Below, piece after piece: positions 18,438 through 20,854 of a DNA stretch of 20,854 nucleotides. A program made the position numbers and the translations under genes. Every line of letters begins with the position of its first letter. Positions within the stretch are counted from its first letter, which is position 1. This DNA comes from Octopus sinensis (lineage: Eukaryota): NCBI RefSeq assembly GCF_006345805.1, contig NW_021824245.1:1-20854 (forward strand). The letters are read 5' to 3'. The notes beneath the pieces were generated by a model. The model saw nothing but the letters and a program-made list of their open reading frames with translations, made no database searches and was not told the origin of the DNA.

Positions 18438-18642
18438 TATTCTTTTCTACTCTAGGCAAAAGGCCCGAAATTTATGGGGAGGGAGCCAGTCGATTAAGTC
18501 GACCCTAGTACGCAACTGGTACTTAATTTATCGACCCCGAAAGGATGAAAGGCAAGTCGACCTGACGGAACTCAGAACGTAACGGCCGACGAAATACTGC
18601 TAAACATTTCGCCCGGCGTGCTAACGTTTCTGCCAGCTCGCC
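18438..18642 (-). mobile_element. tRNA-derived SINE, family A
   Basis: Reverse complement of the family A head (GCTAACGTTTCTGCCAGCTCGCC) and body. Confidence 0.88.
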
Positions 18643-19014
18643 GCCTTCCATGATTAAAATATTAATGAACTAATGAAGTCATCGAGTTAATAAAGTTGTG
18701 TAAAGTCTGTTGGTAGTTTCGTGTAAATAGCAGGTAGTAAGTTAAGGATAAACCATAGCAGAAGTATGTCAGTTAACAGATCCATTCTAAAATAGAAACA
18801 AGATTAAGTTGAAAATTGTATTCCAATATAAGGTAAAAACCGAGTAGAATCCATGTTGAGTTAAGAAATATATTGCAATGTGAGGTAAAGGTAAAGTAGA
18901 ACTAATGTAAAATTAGATATATACTAATCAATAGATATGTCTGAACGCGAGAATGCGTGTCTTCATATATATATATATATAATATATATATATTATAATA
19001 TATATATATATATA

Positions 19015-19280
19015 TTAGTTATCGCCATACTATATGGCATTCTTATAAAAATAAGAAAAAAGCTGACCGCTTATTAGCTCCATGAGGCCATCGCCTTAAG
19101 TTAGCTATTTGATACACAAACGTATCCATATAACCTTTGAACAAGGGAGGTCAGTCGCTCCACACTACTTGGCTCCCTCCCCAAATAGCTAACTTAAGGC
19201 GATGGCCTCATGGAGCTAATAAGCGGTCAGCTTTTTTTCTTATTTTTATAAGAATGCCATATTAGTATGGCGATAACTAA
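19015..19280. mobile_element. Young foldback MITE with ~97-bp TIRs, 70-bp spacer and TA target duplication
   Basis: 19012-19111 is the reverse complement of 19182-19283 apart from two single-base indels. TA at 19013-19014 and 19281-19282. Confidence 0.85.
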
Positions 19281-19615
19281 TATTTTCCGGGAACGCTGCC
19301 GTTGTTCTCTTTTAGAGAGACTTAGTAATTTTAATATTTCTATTATATATATATATATATTATTTAGAGAAAAACCTCTATTAAACAATTCAATAATGAA
19401 AGATGTTATTCACACCATATAGAAAACATATACTATAATAACCTTATTCTAAAAATTTATAAAGTATAAAAACAATAAATAGTAAAAAGTAGTAAAAAGA
19501 CTACGCACGTTTTGTGGCTATATTTTCAAATAGATAATAATAATAATAATAAAATCAATTCGATTTAAAATCAAATCTAAAATTAATTCTATTTTAAAAT
19601 ATAGTCGCTCATCAG

Positions 19616-19773
19616 GTCTATGTGGCCGGGAAGGAAGGGCAGTGTTTATCTGTCTGGTGACCTTAGCAAAAAAATGTTGTACAGTGGACAAAACTGAAAG
19701 TGCTGGGGACAGCTTCCTCTTTGGTCAAGCTGTCATTAATATTTTTCAAAATTCAATTGAAAAGTTAAGAGAG
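19616..19773 (+). CDS. Candidate internal coding exon (158 bp): xLCGREGRAVFICLVTLAKKCCTVDKTESAGDSFLFGQAVINIFQNSIEKLRE
   Basis: CATCAG|GT acceptor and GAG|GTAAGC donor. The frame is open across the whole exon and closes 5 codons into the intron. Protein-like composition; family not recognised. Confidence 0.55.
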
Positions 19774-20104
19774 GTAAGCGCTCTCTTCTAGTAAATTCGT
19801 TGGAAGGTGGATGAGAGGGGCGAGCAATGGTTCGAATGAATGAGCCTTCTCTGAACATGCGCCTGTAGATTAAAAGAGAACAACAGAGAGATGACGTGTG
19901 CCTTAGTTGTCAAGGTAACCTTGGCTTTGTGGGTGTTTCCGGAATTAGCACTCGGAAGTCTCTCCCTCTTTGGTGAAATAATTCCTTGACAAAATTCGTT
20001 GTTACTGTTATAGTTCTCTTCACGCCGTTTCAAGTAATCCCATGTTACGTCCTCTAACGACCTCGACCATTTATTGTAAATCTGTAGAGATTGATAAAGA
20101 AATC

Positions 20105-20203
20105 TTCATTATCATCATCATCATCACCACCACCACCATCATCATCATCGCCATCATCATCGTCGTCGTCGTCGCCACCACCACCACTACCACCGCCGCC
20201 ACC

Positions 20204-20251
<48 letters not shown>

Positions 20252-20267
20252 GTCATCATCATCATCA
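20105..20267. repeat. (CAT)n/(CAC)n trinucleotide microsatellite
   Basis: Directly visible. Confidence 0.95.
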
Positions 20268-20269
20268 CT

Positions 20270-20634
20270 GCGTAATCGTTGACCTGTCGAACAAATGCTT
20301 CGCGGCGGCATTTCTTCCAGCACTTTACGTTCTGAGCTCAAATGCTGACGAGGTCACCTTTGCCTTTCATCTTTTTCTAGGTCAATATAATCGACAGCCC
20401 CCCCCCCGCCAATTTTCAGGTCTTGTTCCTATATTAGAAAGGATTATTATTAACAGAATCTTTAGCTCACCAGGAAAATTGCTTAGCGGCATTTCGTCCG
20501 TCTTTACGTTCTGGGTTCAAATACCGCCGAGGTCGACTTCAACTTTCATCCTTTCACGGTCGATGTAATCGACTATTCTCCTCCCCCGAATTTCAGGCCT
20601 TGTGCCTATAGTAGAAAGGATTATTATTATTATT
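20270..20634 (+). mobile_element. Two tandem, degraded family A SINE copies (20270-20452, 20470-20634) ending in (TTA)n
   Basis: Both contain TTTACGTTCTG[A/G]G[C/T]TCAAAT...GAGGTC...CTTTCATC and end TTTCAGG[T/C]CTTGT[T/G]CCTATA[T/G]TAGAAAGGATTATTATT, as at 4366-4523. Confidence 0.8.
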
Positions 20635-20854
20635 GAGTGAGAGAGCAGTTCATGCCATCAAAGTGACTCTGAGGTAATATACCCATCATGACTATCCGTC
20701 TGATAAGGGTACACCAGGCACATGCATCACAACCATATGTGCGCGACATGGTGATCTCATATCAAGATAAACAGCACATGACCTTGCAGGTGGGACCCAG
20801 TTAGAATTTTCTTCTGGTCAAGTAGCCCATCCCGCTCAAAAGGTCCCCTAAATA

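Noticed and set aside
19788-19870. Minus-strand acceptor (TTTTAATCTACAG) inside ORF 19788-20033
   Set aside because: No donor follows and all frames close within about 45 codons; no recognisable protein.
1833-20341. Dozens of ORFs rich in YI/CV/HT/poly-I/poly-M/poly-S
   Set aside because: They are translations of di-, tri- and tetranucleotide microsatellites that lack stop codons; no evidence of coding.
20635-20854. Sequence I recall as a common octopus interspersed repeat
   Set aside because: Single copy in this window, cut by the window edge, with no ORF or termini visible; it cannot be supported from the sequence alone.

Overview
AT-rich, microsatellite-dense animal genomic DNA. It is most likely an octopus, inferred from my recollection of the tRNA-derived SINE families (no database check possible). 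There are no bacterial features and no complete gene, and almost all ORFs in the supplied track are microsatellite translations. The window holds two dead mariner transposons (3470-4028, internally deleted; 6656-7887, frameshifted), about ten SINE copies or fragments, several MITE/foldback elements abutting (TA)n tracts, a 1.26-kb tandem duplication bounded by (TG)n (possibly an assembly artefact), and three candidate coding exons (two minus, one plus). The main result is a set of type I hammerhead ribozyme motifs. The best (8004-8079, minus) has all core nucleotides, a GUC cleavage triplet and an 18-bp extended helix I, but a weakened helix II. It sits in a 341-bp unit bounded by 68-bp direct repeats, the layout of a non-autonomous retrozyme (circular RNA retroelement) or a Penelope-type terminal repeat. 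A second, unrelated hammerhead lies at 3233-3283 (plus), and two minimal ones at 6252-6287 and 9977-10011 (minus). Each copy carries at least one lesion, so activity is unproven.
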